The notes under the pieces were generated by a model, which was not told the origin of the DNA, searched no databases, and saw only the letters and a list, made by a program, of their open reading frames with translations. Source: Opitutaceae bacterium (lineage in GTDB: Bacteria; Verrucomicrobiota; Verrucomicrobiia; Opitutales; Opitutaceae). Taken from it: a stretch of DNA of 37,632 nucleotides. Shown here in pieces: positions 9,264-18,225 of this stretch (the stretch's first letter is position 1; the number at the start of each line of letters is the position of its first letter). Location: assembly GCA_020847775.1 (NCBI GenBank), contig JADLBI010000195.1:1-37632 (forward strand). The letters run 5' to 3'. The translations under genes were made by a program, and so were the position numbers.

Positions 9264-9675
9264 TCAATGGAAATCGTGGGTCGCCTGACCTGGCAGGTGA
9301 TGGGACCCAAGGGGCTCGATCCGCTCCACCTTGACGTGAATCACCCCGGCCTGAATTTGCACCGGACCTTCAAGAATCAATGCAGGTGTTTGCGTCACGA
9401 TCAGCCGGTTGGGCTCGAAGATATCGGCATAGAGGATGCCATTCGCGATACCGGTCCGTCCTCCAGTGAAACGAACACTACGCCTTTCGCAGGGCCGGGG
9501 CGCTGTCGGCAATGACACTGCCACCCACTCGTACTCGGGTGCCGCTTTTAGCCAATGCCAACTCGTCCGCCCGCCATAAATCAGAGAATTGTGAGCGGAG
9601 ATGTTTCATGGGATGATCGCCTGTGGTTAACCCCACGCAGGCGAAGTCCGCTTGGATATGCTCGGTGAGAGTCAT
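9264..9675 (-). pseudogene. dnaE2: Error-prone polymerase DnaE2 C-terminal (OB-fold) fragment, two 1-bp deletions
   Basis: ADFACVGLTTGDHPM...RVRVGGSVI/[frameshifts]/GIANGILY...VIHVKVERIEPL...THDFH, matching the SRDFH-like DnaE2 tail. Two bases shorter than the copy at 21895-22308. Confidence 0.85.
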
Positions 9676-9697
9676 CGGGTTTTGATAGGCACCTTCA

Positions 9698-9750
9698 TTA
9701 CGGTAAATCCCGTTACGGTAAATCCCGTAACGGGATTTACCGTAACGGGA
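9698..9750. repeat. 15-bp-periodic repeat forming a perfect 20-bp-arm palindrome
   Basis: TTACGGTAAATCCCG twice (9698-9727), TAA, then the reverse complement. Arms are 9708-9727 and 9731-9750. Confidence 0.95.
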
Positions 9751-10460
9751 TGACGGAAACCACAATTTCTTGAGCTATGATTGCTCTAGATGTGAGCCGA
9801 AGGGCGGTTATCTTCCTACCGGCAGCGTTCTCTTTCGTTTACACCTTATGTCAAAACGAAGCCCCAACGCCTCGTCTGATTTTCATCTCAGCTCGCAGAA
9901 GTAAATATTCTGGCAAAGCCCCGGTCGGTCCTTTTGCCCACCACGCACTTTCTGAAGCTAGCCCAAACCTATCTACTGGAAACACAACCACGACCGCCAC
10001 AGAGCCGTGAAAACTGAGTACTCTGCGAGGCGAATTATTCAAACCTCAGATCGAAGCGCGCTCCGATCCTTCGGACTCTGTAGAAGACGTGGTCAAACGC
10101 TTGGGGACACACCGCAATCTATCCGCCGCAAATGGAAACGTGGACTGTATGATGCATACGCTAAACAGGGGAGTCGTGAGTTGCGATTCCCGCGCTGGCA
10201 ATTCACTCGCCGGTCTGTGCCAAATGTGTGCCTGAACTCCTCATTAAATGCTACGGTAGCCATGGCTGGGGCTTGGTCAGTTTTGTGAGGTGTCCCCGGC
10301 GCGTGAGCGGGTTGCGTTTCATTTATCTGGAGCGGCTTGAAGGCAACGAGGTGAGCGACGTCCTAGGTGCATCACGGCGCACTAATCCAGATTAACGGCA
10401 ACATTCTTGGCCTCCTACGCAACGTGACATGGCGCCTGCTCGGAAACTGGATTTGACAAA

Positions 10461-10889
10461 ATGTGCACTATAGTTTTCGTCGCGAACGTGTCCCTGTTTC
10501 GTCACATAATCGCGATTGTTTTGTTGGCCCTCTGGTTGCCAACAACTCACCACTGCGATTTAGAAGCGGCGGGGTTGCTTACCGGAGAAGTGCCACATAG
10601 CGCTACGGTGAATTGCAACGAACCGGCCAGCAGTCATTGCGGTCACCACGATGGGGGCAGTGTGGCAGAAGGCAATTTGGTCAAGCAAAGCAACGACATC
10701 ATCAAGGCACCGATGCCCTCCTTAGTCGCTTGCACCTGCTTCCTATGCTTGCAGCTTTTGACTCCGCAGTTGGCCGTTGAGCCTACTTTGGCAGTCGCCG
10801 AATCCGACCGTCCCCAGCATTGGGTTCCGGTCTGGCAGTTTGTTCGTCGCGCAGCGCCATTGTCGCGTGCGCCTTCTCTCGTTGGTTGA
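10461..10889 (+). CDS. DUF2946/CruR/CutF-like upstream regulatory protein (signal-like N-terminus, His/Cys-rich, CxxC, C-terminal RAP motif)
   Basis: IIAIVLLALWLP-TTHHC, HCGHHD, CTCFLC, and RRAAPLSRAPSLVG* directly upstream of czcC. Start may be GTG 10488. Confidence 0.65.
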   Translation: MCTIVFVANVSLFRHIIAIVLLALWLPTTHHCDLEAAGLLTGEVPHSATVNCNEPASSHCGHHDGGSVAEGNLVKQSNDIIKAPMPSLVACTCFLCLQLLTPQLAVEPTLAVAESDRPQHWVPVWQFVRRAAPLSRAPSLVG

Positions 10890-10924
10890 TCGGTCCCTGC
10901 GCGGACTGATCGATCTCTTTTCTT
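10886..10924 (+). terminator. Intrinsic terminator/attenuator overlapping the uORF stop
   Basis: Hairpin GATCGGTCC-ctgcgc-GGACTGATC followed by TCTCTTTTTCTT. Confidence 0.6.
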
Positions 10925-11013
10925 AATCCATCCCGTGGCGGTACGCTTGTGCGCGCCCGCTTCTCTCGGGGTGTTTCAATCTACTTACAGCCTTATTGTG
11001 CCTATCCGTTTTT

Positions 11014-12324
11014 ATGAATCCCTTTGTTTTTTTCTCCCATCCTCTTATCCGTCCGGCTCTCGGGTTGATGCTCGTCGCTCTTATTGGAGACGCGCGCGCT
11101 CAGACAGAACCCACCGAATCCACTCAAACTGTTTCGCTATCCACACTCGTCAGCGAAATCGCGGCCAAAAATCCCGAGCGCCAATTCTATCAGGAAGAGA
11201 TCGCCGCGGCCAAAGCCGGCGTGCGTCTTTCCTCCCGACTCAATGACCCAGAGCTATCCTTCGATGTCGGTCAAAAGCGACTGAAGGATTCCTCCGGAGC
11301 TAAAATAGGAGACGGCACCGTATGGTCGGTATCGATCACACAAACTTTCGAATGGCCGGGCCGGCTCGCCCTGCGCAAGGCTATCGCCAATCGGCAGGTC
11401 GAGCTAGCAGAGCTCGGCGTGGCTCGCTTTGAGAACGCATTAACAGCTCGCGCTCGCACACTGGCTTTCAGCCTCTACTCCGCGAACGCCAAAGCCTCGG
11501 CCATCCGTGAAGTTTCCGACAGGTTCTCCGCGCTCAAGGAAACGTTTCTCGCTCGTGATCCTGCCGGCATCACCCCGTTGCTTGAAACACGGGTGATTGA
11601 AGCGAGCGAACTCGCACTCCAACGACGAGCCACAGAGGCCGAGCTGGCGGTGCAGGCTTCCCTCATCGAGCTGAACCAGCTTCGCGGTACCGCCGTCGAC
11701 TCGCCGTTACGCGTGAAAGCTCCCGCGCTCAGTTTTAATGAGATGCCTGCTACTCCCGACCTCCTAGCCGCTGCCCGTGAGAATAATTTCGATTATCGGA
11801 TGCGGTTGGTGGAGTTGGAGCAACAGGGCTTCGCTGTCAGTCTTGCGCGCAACGAACGCTACCCCGGCATCAGTGTCAGTCCTTACCTCTCGCGTGATAA
11901 CATAGGCGAGCGCGAGACCATCGTCGGCATCGGCCTAAGCGTGCCATTGCCCGTCTCGGGCCGTACCGGAGCAGCTGTTAGAGTAGCCAATGCCCGTCGT
12001 CGCCAGGCCGAGGCTGCCGTTTTTGTCGCATTGCGCGAACTAGACCGTGAAGTTATCACTTCCGCGCAAACGTTTGCTACCAAGTTCGCCGAATCCCGTC
12101 GCTGGTCGCCTGACGCCGTGCAGAAGTTCCGAGAAGCTGCCGACCTAGCCGATCGTCACTATCGCACAGGCGCGGTGCCCATAGCCACTTACGTGGAGTT
12201 GCAGAACAGCTATCTCGATGCGGTCGAGGCACTGCTCGATACGCAGGCCGAAACGCTCGCCGCTGGACTCAAGCTTCAGCAGCTCACCGGTCTCGAGCTT
12301 AACCCCGTCGAAATCAAGCCATGA
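11014..12324 (+). CDS. czcC: TolC-family outer membrane factor of a heavy-metal RND system
   Basis: Signal peptide, two OEP repeats (NPE..., SITQTFEWPGR, GLSVPLP, YRTG). First gene of the CBA cluster. Start at ATG 11014. Confidence 0.85.
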   Translation: MNPFVFFSHPLIRPALGLMLVALIGDARAQTEPTESTQTVSLSTLVSEIAAKNPERQFYQEEIAAAKAGVRLSSRLNDPELSFDVGQKRLKDSSGAKIGDGTVWSVSITQTFEWPGRLALRKAIANRQVELAELGVARFENALTARARTLAFSLYSANAKASAIREVSDRFSALKETFLARDPAGITPLLETRVIEASELALQRRATEAELAVQASLIELNQLRGTAVDSPLRVKAPALSFNEMPATPDLLAAARENNFDYRMRLVELEQQGFAVSLARNERYPGISVSPYLSRDNIGERETIVGIGLSVPLPVSGRTGAAVRVANARRRQAEAAVFVALRELDREVITSAQTFATKFAESRRWSPDAVQKFREAADLADRHYRTGAVPIATYVELQNSYLDAVEALLDTQAETLAAGLKLQQLTGLELNPVEIKP

Positions 12325-13031
12325 AGTCTAATCCTTGGTTTCTTGTCAGTTTAGCCGGCGCTGTTCTGGTGTTCGTCGGATGTGGAAAGCCAGCTTCTTC
12401 CGAAGAAGCCGGCCATGATCATTCTGAACATGCTGGAGCCGATGAAAGCGCTGAGGGAGTGACTTTCAAAGAAGGTCGTGGGCTGCAAATCCCCTCCAAC
12501 GTCGTCAAGGCGCTCAATGTGCTCACAGTCGAAGCCGAAGAGCGTCCACTCAGCGCCGAACTGCAAATCACAGCCCAGATCTTTGCTCTCCAGCCACGCG
12601 TGCTCGCCAGTTCCCGGCTCACTGTCGAGCAGGCTGAGCCTTTAGAGAAATCTGCCTTCACTGGTGCGAAGCTAGTCAGCATTGATCGCGCAACGATCAC
12701 GGCCACGAGGCTTGTGGACCTGATTTTTGAATTGGATGCTTCATCGAAGCACCAACTCGGCGACTTCGTCACTATCGCACTCGCGGTTGAGCCGACCACC
12801 GTGCTCACGGTGCCACGCTCGGCAGTCCTTGAAGGCGCCGCCAGCACCTTCGTTTACGTCGTCAACAGCGGCGCCTACCTGCGCACCCCCGTCACGACAG
12901 GCGCGCGTTCGGCCGACTTCATCGAAATCACCGACGGCCTCTATGCCGGCGACGTGGTGGTGGTGACTCCGGTCGATCAGCTCTGGCTGTCCGAACTGCG
13001 TCTCACCAAGGGCGGCGGCCATAGCCACTGA
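12321..13031 (+). CDS. czcB: Short RND periplasmic adaptor (CzcB/CusB-like lipoprotein)
   Basis: Lipobox FVGC, HDHSEH, LTVPRSAV...IEITDGLYAGDVVVV, C-terminal GGGHSH. Overlaps the czcC stop. Confidence 0.75.
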   Translation: MKSNPWFLVSLAGAVLVFVGCGKPASSEEAGHDHSEHAGADESAEGVTFKEGRGLQIPSNVVKALNVLTVEAEERPLSAELQITAQIFALQPRVLASSRLTVEQAEPLEKSAFTGAKLVSIDRATITATRLVDLIFELDASSKHQLGDFVTIALAVEPTTVLTVPRSAVLEGAASTFVYVVNSGAYLRTPVTTGARSADFIEITDGLYAGDVVVVTPVDQLWLSELRLTKGGGHSH

Positions 13032-13071
13032 TCTCTTCCTCTTCTCTTTTTAAACAACTCTTCCTTTTCCC

Positions 13072-16000
13072 ATGATCGACAAGATCCTCGAGTTTGCCCT
13101 GCGCCAGCGCGTCATCGTGCTGCTAGCCGCGGTGGCACTCCTATTTATCGGCACTTGGTCGGCCCTCCGGCTGCCTATCGATGCCGTTCCGGACATCACC
13201 AACGTTCAGGTTCAAATCAACACCTCGGTTCCGTCGCTGGCTCCCGAGGAAATCGAAAAACTCGTCACCTATCCCATTGAAATGGAAATGGGCGGCATCG
13301 AAAAACTTCTCGAAGTCCGCTCAATCTCCAAATTTGGACTCTCACAAGTCACCCTGATTTTTCAGGAGGGCGCGGACATTTACCGGGCCCGTCAGCTTGC
13401 CGGTGAACGCCTTCAGGCGGTCCTTGATGAGCTGCCACCCGGCGTCACGCCGAAGCTCGCCCCGATCACGACGGGCCTTGGCGAAATCTACCACTACACG
13501 GTTCGCTACAAGAAGGATTTCACCGGTGCTCCGGCTGATCCAGTGGACCGTCTGCGGGAACTGAAGCTTGCGCAGGACTACATCGTGAAGCCCGCGCTGC
13601 GCACCGTGCCGGGTGTGACCGAGGTCAACACCTCGGGCGGCTACGACAAGCAGATCGTCATCACGCCGAATCCTGCGAAGCTCACGAGTGTGGGCCTTAC
13701 CGTGGGCGAGATCGCTGATGTCATCGCCGAGAACGTCGCCAACGCCGGCGGTTCCGTGGTGGAGAAAGGAGGGGAAGCCGTCACCGTGCGCGCCATCGGC
13801 CGCGTGCAAACCACCGAGGAAATCGCCAACCTGCCGATCAAGTTCTCCGGCGCGCGTGCGACGACGCTACGGGTGAAGGATGTGGCCGATGTGGGCATCG
13901 GTTCAAGCATCCGCACAGGGTCTGCGACTCACGATGGCGCGGAAGCGGTGCTGGGGTCAGCGCTCATGCTTATTGGTGAGAATAGCCGTATTGTCTCCGA
14001 CCGCGTGCATGATCGCATCGAAGAGCTAAAGCCGAAACTGCCCGCAGGTATGGAAGTCGAGACGATGTATAATCGCACCGATTTGGTGAACTCCACTATT
14101 CGCACCGTGGAAAAGAACCTGCTGGAAGGCGCGATTCTCGTTGTCGCGATCCTCATCGGTCTGCTCGGCAACTGGCGAGCAGCGCTCATTGTCGCCACAG
14201 CCATTCCGCTCTCTATGCTCTTCGCGATGACCGGCATGGTGCGCTATGGCGTATCCGGAAATCTCATGAGCCTCGGTGCGGTTGATTTCGGACTCATTGT
14301 GGACGGCGCGGTGGTCATGGCTGAGAACATTGTGCGCATGCTCGCTCACCGTCAGCAGCACCTTGGGCGGCTTCTAACCAAGGAAGAACGGCTTCACACA
14401 ATTCTCACCGCGTGCAAACAGGTCGGCACTCCAACCGTGTTTGGCGTGGCGATCATCACTATCGTATACCTGCCGATGTTCACGCTGACTGGCGTCGAAG
14501 GGAAAATGTTCACGCCTATGGCGTTTACAGTCGTTTGCGCACTGATCGGCGCTCTGATTCTCGCTCTCACCGTCGTGCCGGTTCTGTGTTCGTTCTTCAT
14601 GACCGCCAAGGTCAGCGAAGAGGACAACGTCCTTATCCGTATTGCTAAGCGTATATATACGCCAGTCCTTCATTTCAGTCTGCGCATGCGCTGGCTGATG
14701 TCAGCCATCGCCATCGGCATTTTCAGCCTTTCGATGTGGGTGTTCACTCACCTCGGAGCCGAATTCATTCCGCAGTTGGACGAAGGTTCGCTCGCCGCTC
14801 AAATGATCCGCACCACCAGCATAGGCCTCGGGCCTTCGCTGGAAATGCAGACCGGTGCCGAAAAACTGATGCTGGAAAAGTTCCCGGAGGTAACACACAC
14901 CTTCGCCCGAGTTGGCACCTCAGAGGTGGCGACCGACCCAATGGGTGTGAACGTAGGCGACAGCTATATTATGCTCAAGCCACCCTCCGAATGGAGAAAG
15001 GTTGATGGGCGTCCGATCACCAAGGATGAACTGACCAACTTGATGTCAAAGGAACTTGCGGTCCATTTTCCAGGCCAGAGTTATCTATTCTCCCAGCCCA
15101 TCGAACTGCGTTTCAACGAACTGCTCTCGGGCAGCCGAGCCGATATCGCGATCAAGGTTTTCGGTGACGACTACGATACCTTGGAAAAGGTCGCCGGAGA
15201 AGTCCGTGAAATAGTGGAGAAAATTCCCGGTGCAGCCGATGTGGAGTTCGACGCTGCTGGCAAGGCTCCCGTCCTTCAAGTCATGCTCAATCGCGCGGCC
15301 ATGTCGCGCTACAATGTCCATGCCGACGAGGTGAACAAGGTCATCGAGACTGCGTTCGCCGGCGTGGAGGGCGGCGTGATCGTGGACGGCAACCGCCGCT
15401 ACCCAATCATTACTCGCTTACCCGAATCGGCCCGACAGGACTTCGCGAACGTTTCCAACCTTCCAGTGCGAACAACCGATGGTGGTTTGGTTACGCTCGG
15501 CCAAGTGGCCGACGTGAGCATGACGGAAAGTGTCAATACGATCAGCCGTGAAGCATTCCAACGTCGCATGGCCATTCAGGTGAATCTGCGTGGTCGCGAT
15601 GTGCAGAGCTTCGTGCTCGAAGCACAAGAGAAGATCGGAGCCGGGGTGAAGATGCCGGAAGGCTACTTCGTGGAATACGGCGGGGCTTTCAAAAATCTTC
15701 AGGAAGCCCGGACTCGTCTCGCCATCGTGGTGCCTGCGGCTCTCGCCCTGATTTTTCTCCTGATCTTCATGGCCTTTGGAAGCGTGCGCCAGGCGGTGAT
15801 CGTTTACACCGGAATCCCGCTCGCCGTGACCGGTGGCATCTTCGCCCTCTGGCTGCGCGATCTGCCGTTTTCCATCTCGGCAGCGGTCGGTTTCATTGCG
15901 CTCTCCGGCGTGGCGGTGCTCAACGGCGTGATGATGATTTCCTTCATCAATCAGCTCCGCGAAGAGGGAAAGAGTGTCCGCGAAGCCGTGATCGAGGGCG

Positions 16001-16227
16001 CGCTCACGCGCCTGCGCCCCGTGCTCATGACCGCTCTGGTCGCCGCGCTCGGCTTTGTGCCGATGGCGCTGGCCCGCGGTTCGGGAGCGGAAGTGCAGCG
16101 CCCCATCGCGACCGTCGTCATCGGCGGCATCATCACGGCCACTCTGCTCACACTCGTCCTCCTGCCCATGCTCTATGCCTGGGTGGAGCGGGATCACCCT
16201 GCCAAACGTAAACAAAACCCAGCCTGA
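13072..16227 (+). CDS. czcA: CusA/CzcA heavy-metal efflux RND transporter
   Basis: LPIDAVPDITNVQVQINT, GNLMSLGAVDFGLIVDGAVVMAEN, RLRPVLMTALVA; 1051 aa. Confidence 0.96.
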   Translation: MIDKILEFALRQRVIVLLAAVALLFIGTWSALRLPIDAVPDITNVQVQINTSVPSLAPEEIEKLVTYPIEMEMGGIEKLLEVRSISKFGLSQVTLIFQEGADIYRARQLAGERLQAVLDELPPGVTPKLAPITTGLGEIYHYTVRYKKDFTGAPADPVDRLRELKLAQDYIVKPALRTVPGVTEVNTSGGYDKQIVITPNPAKLTSVGLTVGEIADVIAENVANAGGSVVEKGGEAVTVRAIGRVQTTEEIANLPIKFSGARATTLRVKDVADVGIGSSIRTGSATHDGAEAVLGSALMLIGENSRIVSDRVHDRIEELKPKLPAGMEVETMYNRTDLVNSTIRTVEKNLLEGAILVVAILIGLLGNWRAALIVATAIPLSMLFAMTGMVRYGVSGNLMSLGAVDFGLIVDGAVVMAENIVRMLAHRQQHLGRLLTKEERLHTILTACKQVGTPTVFGVAIITIVYLPMFTLTGVEGKMFTPMAFTVVCALIGALILALTVVPVLCSFFMTAKVSEEDNVLIRIAKRIYTPVLHFSLRMRWLMSAIAIGIFSLSMWVFTHLGAEFIPQLDEGSLAAQMIRTTSIGLGPSLEMQTGAEKLMLEKFPEVTHTFARVGTSEVATDPMGVNVGDSYIMLKPPSEWRKVDGRPITKDELTNLMSKELAVHFPGQSYLFSQPIELRFNELLSGSRADIAIKVFGDDYDTLEKVAGEVREIVEKIPGAADVEFDAAGKAPVLQVMLNRAAMSRYNVHADEVNKVIETAFAGVEGGVIVDGNRRYPIITRLPESARQDFANVSNLPVRTTDGGLVTLGQVADVSMTESVNTISREAFQRRMAIQVNLRGRDVQSFVLEAQEKIGAGVKMPEGYFVEYGGAFKNLQEARTRLAIVVPAALALIFLLIFMAFGSVRQAVIVYTGIPLAVTGGIFALWLRDLPFSISAAVGFIALSGVAVLNGVMMISFINQLREEGKSVREAVIEGALTRLRPVLMTALVAALGFVPMALARGSGAEVQRPIATVVIGGIITATLLTLVLLPMLYAWVERDHPAKRKQNPA

Positions 16228-16247
16228 AATTGAATCAGGTAATCATC

Positions 16248-16640
16248 ATGAAACTACTATCCGCTCTCGTCTTTCTGACAGGCATCGCCCCGGCAGTCTA
16301 TGCCTCGACCTCGCTTCCTCTCGAAGCTGCTCAAATCAAACTCACTGCCGTTCGTTCCCCTACAGTCCTGGTGTTTCAACCAGTGATTCTTTCGAAAGAG
16401 GGACAACTGACGATCACCGGCTCCGTTTATAAACGAGCCGGTGCGCCGTCAGTCGCCTCGACTCATCTGGACGTTGTTTTTCTCGATTCCTCGCAGCGCC
16501 AGCTGCGGACCGAGACGACTCATTTCTCACCTCGTCTGGTCCCCGGCCGGGGAAGGTATTCCGTGCCGCTGGAGAATCTTCCGTCAGAAACAGCCACCAT
16601 CCAAGTGCGTGCTCATACGGGCCGCCACATCGACGCCTAA
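16248..16640 (+). CDS. Exported hypothetical protein
   Basis: Signal peptide MKLLSALVFLTGIAPAVYA; lies within the operon. Confidence 0.7.
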   Translation: MKLLSALVFLTGIAPAVYASTSLPLEAAQIKLTAVRSPTVLVFQPVILSKEGQLTITGSVYKRAGAPSVASTHLDVVFLDSSQRQLRTETTHFSPRLVPGRGRYSVPLENLPSETATIQVRAHTGRHIDA

Positions 16641-16655
16641 ACTCTTCTTCATTCC

Positions 16656-17117
16656 ATGAAAACCATCCGTAAAATCATCCTCACTTCATTCGCGCGGCTC
16701 GCCACGGCTGTAGCGTTCGCCGCCAAGCCGATTCCCGGCCCAAAAGGCGGAAAAATAGTCACCGCGGAAGCTCCCCATGTGGAGTTCTTCGTCGAAAAAG
16801 ACCGTTCCGTTATCGTGTCGTTTTACGACAAGGATATGAAACCCGTGACGCCTGCCGGCCAGGTGGTGTCGGCCGTAGCCGAGGCCAAGACTGGCAAGGT
16901 GACACTCGCCTTTACCGCCAAGGATGGCGCGCTCGTATCCACCGCTCCTTTGCCCGAAGGCGACGGCTATCGCGTAGTCGTGCAGGTTCGCGACACGGCC
17001 GAGGCCAGGCCCAAGAACTACCGCGTGGAGTTTCACGAAGAAGTCTGCGGCGAGTGCAAGCGCGCCGAATATGCCTGCATCTGCGACGAAGCCGGCGGCG
17101 ACAAACACGACCATTGA
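16656..17117 (+). CDS. Exported putative metal-binding protein
   Basis: Signal peptide, GPKGGKIV...HVEF motif seen in metal-cluster proteins, C-terminal CGECKRAEYACIC...DKHDH. Confidence 0.75.
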   Translation: MKTIRKIILTSFARLATAVAFAAKPIPGPKGGKIVTAEAPHVEFFVEKDRSVIVSFYDKDMKPVTPAGQVVSAVAEAKTGKVTLAFTAKDGALVSTAPLPEGDGYRVVVQVRDTAEARPKNYRVEFHEEVCGECKRAEYACICDEAGGDKHDH

Positions 17118-17126
17118 GGAAAACGC

Positions 17127-17465
17127 ATGAAAAACATCGTAGCTTTTATTCGTCCTTCGAAGGAGGAAGCGGTTCGCGAGACACTCCATGATCTGACTTC
17201 AGTCACGGGAGCGTCATTTTCCGACGTGCGCGGCTTCGGTCGTGGTCGCGCGCACTCCAAGGACTCTTTTGATGAGGCCGTCATCGGCACTTTGTCGAAG
17301 GTGCGGGTTGATGTGATGGTCTCGGACGAAGAGGCGGAATCGGTGGGTAACGCTATCGCCCGAGCCGCACACACGGGCAATCGGGGCGACGGCAAAGTGT
17401 ATACCCTTCACGTCGAATCCGCATTGCGTGTCAGCACGGGTGAAACCGGGACGAGTGCAGTCTGA
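17127..17465 (+). CDS. P-II family signal transduction protein
   Basis: MKNIVAFIRP...VRGFGRG...AHTGNRGDGKVY; RBS GAGG upstream. Confidence 0.9.
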   Translation: MKNIVAFIRPSKEEAVRETLHDLTSVTGASFSDVRGFGRGRAHSKDSFDEAVIGTLSKVRVDVMVSDEEAESVGNAIARAAHTGNRGDGKVYTLHVESALRVSTGETGTSAV

Positions 17466-17534
17466 ACTCATCCGCGAAGCTGCCTCACGCGGCCACCGCA
17501 AAGCGGTGGCCGCGTCGAGCGGGTTACTTTCTTC

Positions 17535-18188
17535 ATGACTGTTGAAATCATACATCCTTCCACGCCCCCGAGTTTTTCGGCGAGGTTTGCGCGCTGGCGC
17601 AAACCCATCAGTCGTGTGTTTGCTGCGGGTTTTGTCGGCTTGCTCGTTCTGACGACATCGCCGGGCACTTCGCTTTCCGTGCTGGTTCTGGAAATCGTCG
17701 GACTCCTCCTCATCATCGCGGCGGTGCTCGGCCGCATCTGGTGTGCTCTGTATATTGCTGGCAGAAAAAACACCGAATTGTGTTGCGACGGTCCGTATTC
17801 GGTCTGCCGGAACCCTCTCTATGTTTTCTCATTTTTCGGTGTGGTCGGCCTCGCGCTTGTCGCAAGGTCGGCGCCTCTCGGCTTGATCATCGCTCCCATT
17901 TTTTGGGGCTATCATCATTTCGTGATCAGTTCCGAGGAAACGCGCCTGCGGGAGCTTTTTGGCGAGGCTTACAACAAATACTACCGCGAGGTGCCGAGAC
18001 TCTGGCCGAGCTTTCGCCTTTATTGGTCACGTCCCAGTCTGGTCATTGATCCGCGGGTGATTGGTCGCGCGCTCTCCGAGGTCGCATGGTTTTTGATCGC
18101 GGTGGCGTGCCTGGAGATTGTGGAGCATATGCGCGGTGCTTCGCTTGGTGAAGCGAAGCTTCCGGTTCTTTTTACCTGGTCGTTCTAA
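17535..18188 (+). CDS. Isoprenylcysteine carboxyl methyltransferase/PEMT-family membrane methyltransferase
   Basis: GPYSVCRNPLY, EETRLRELFGEAYNKY...VPRLWP. Confidence 0.85.
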   Translation: MTVEIIHPSTPPSFSARFARWRKPISRVFAAGFVGLLVLTTSPGTSLSVLVLEIVGLLLIIAAVLGRIWCALYIAGRKNTELCCDGPYSVCRNPLYVFSFFGVVGLALVARSAPLGLIIAPIFWGYHHFVISSEETRLRELFGEAYNKYYREVPRLWPSFRLYWSRPSLVIDPRVIGRALSEVAWFLIAVACLEIVEHMRGASLGEAKLPVLFTWSF

Positions 18189-18225
18189 AAATCCTGCCGC
18201 CCCTAACCCTACAAAAATAAATGCC

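Noticed and set aside
9160-9264. Known SOS boxes upstream of lexA
   Set aside because: No match found by eye to CTGT-N8-ACAG, GAAC-N4-GTTC or TGTTC-N4-GAACA; only a lone TGTTC half-site at 9251.
9478-9765. Peptide repeat YRNGI/RYGKS in ORFs 9478-9765 and 22252-22542
   Set aside because: A by-product of translating the 15-bp DNA palindrome; DnaE2 similarity starts only at ATG 9675 and 22308.
9777-10440. Short ORFs between the palindrome and the metal operon
   Set aside because: Overlapping 60-90-aa frames without motifs or clear RBS; cannot be supported.
10453-10474. Sigma70 promoter TTGACA…TATAGT before the uORF
   Set aside because: The spacing is only 10 bp, so it cannot be called a canonical promoter.
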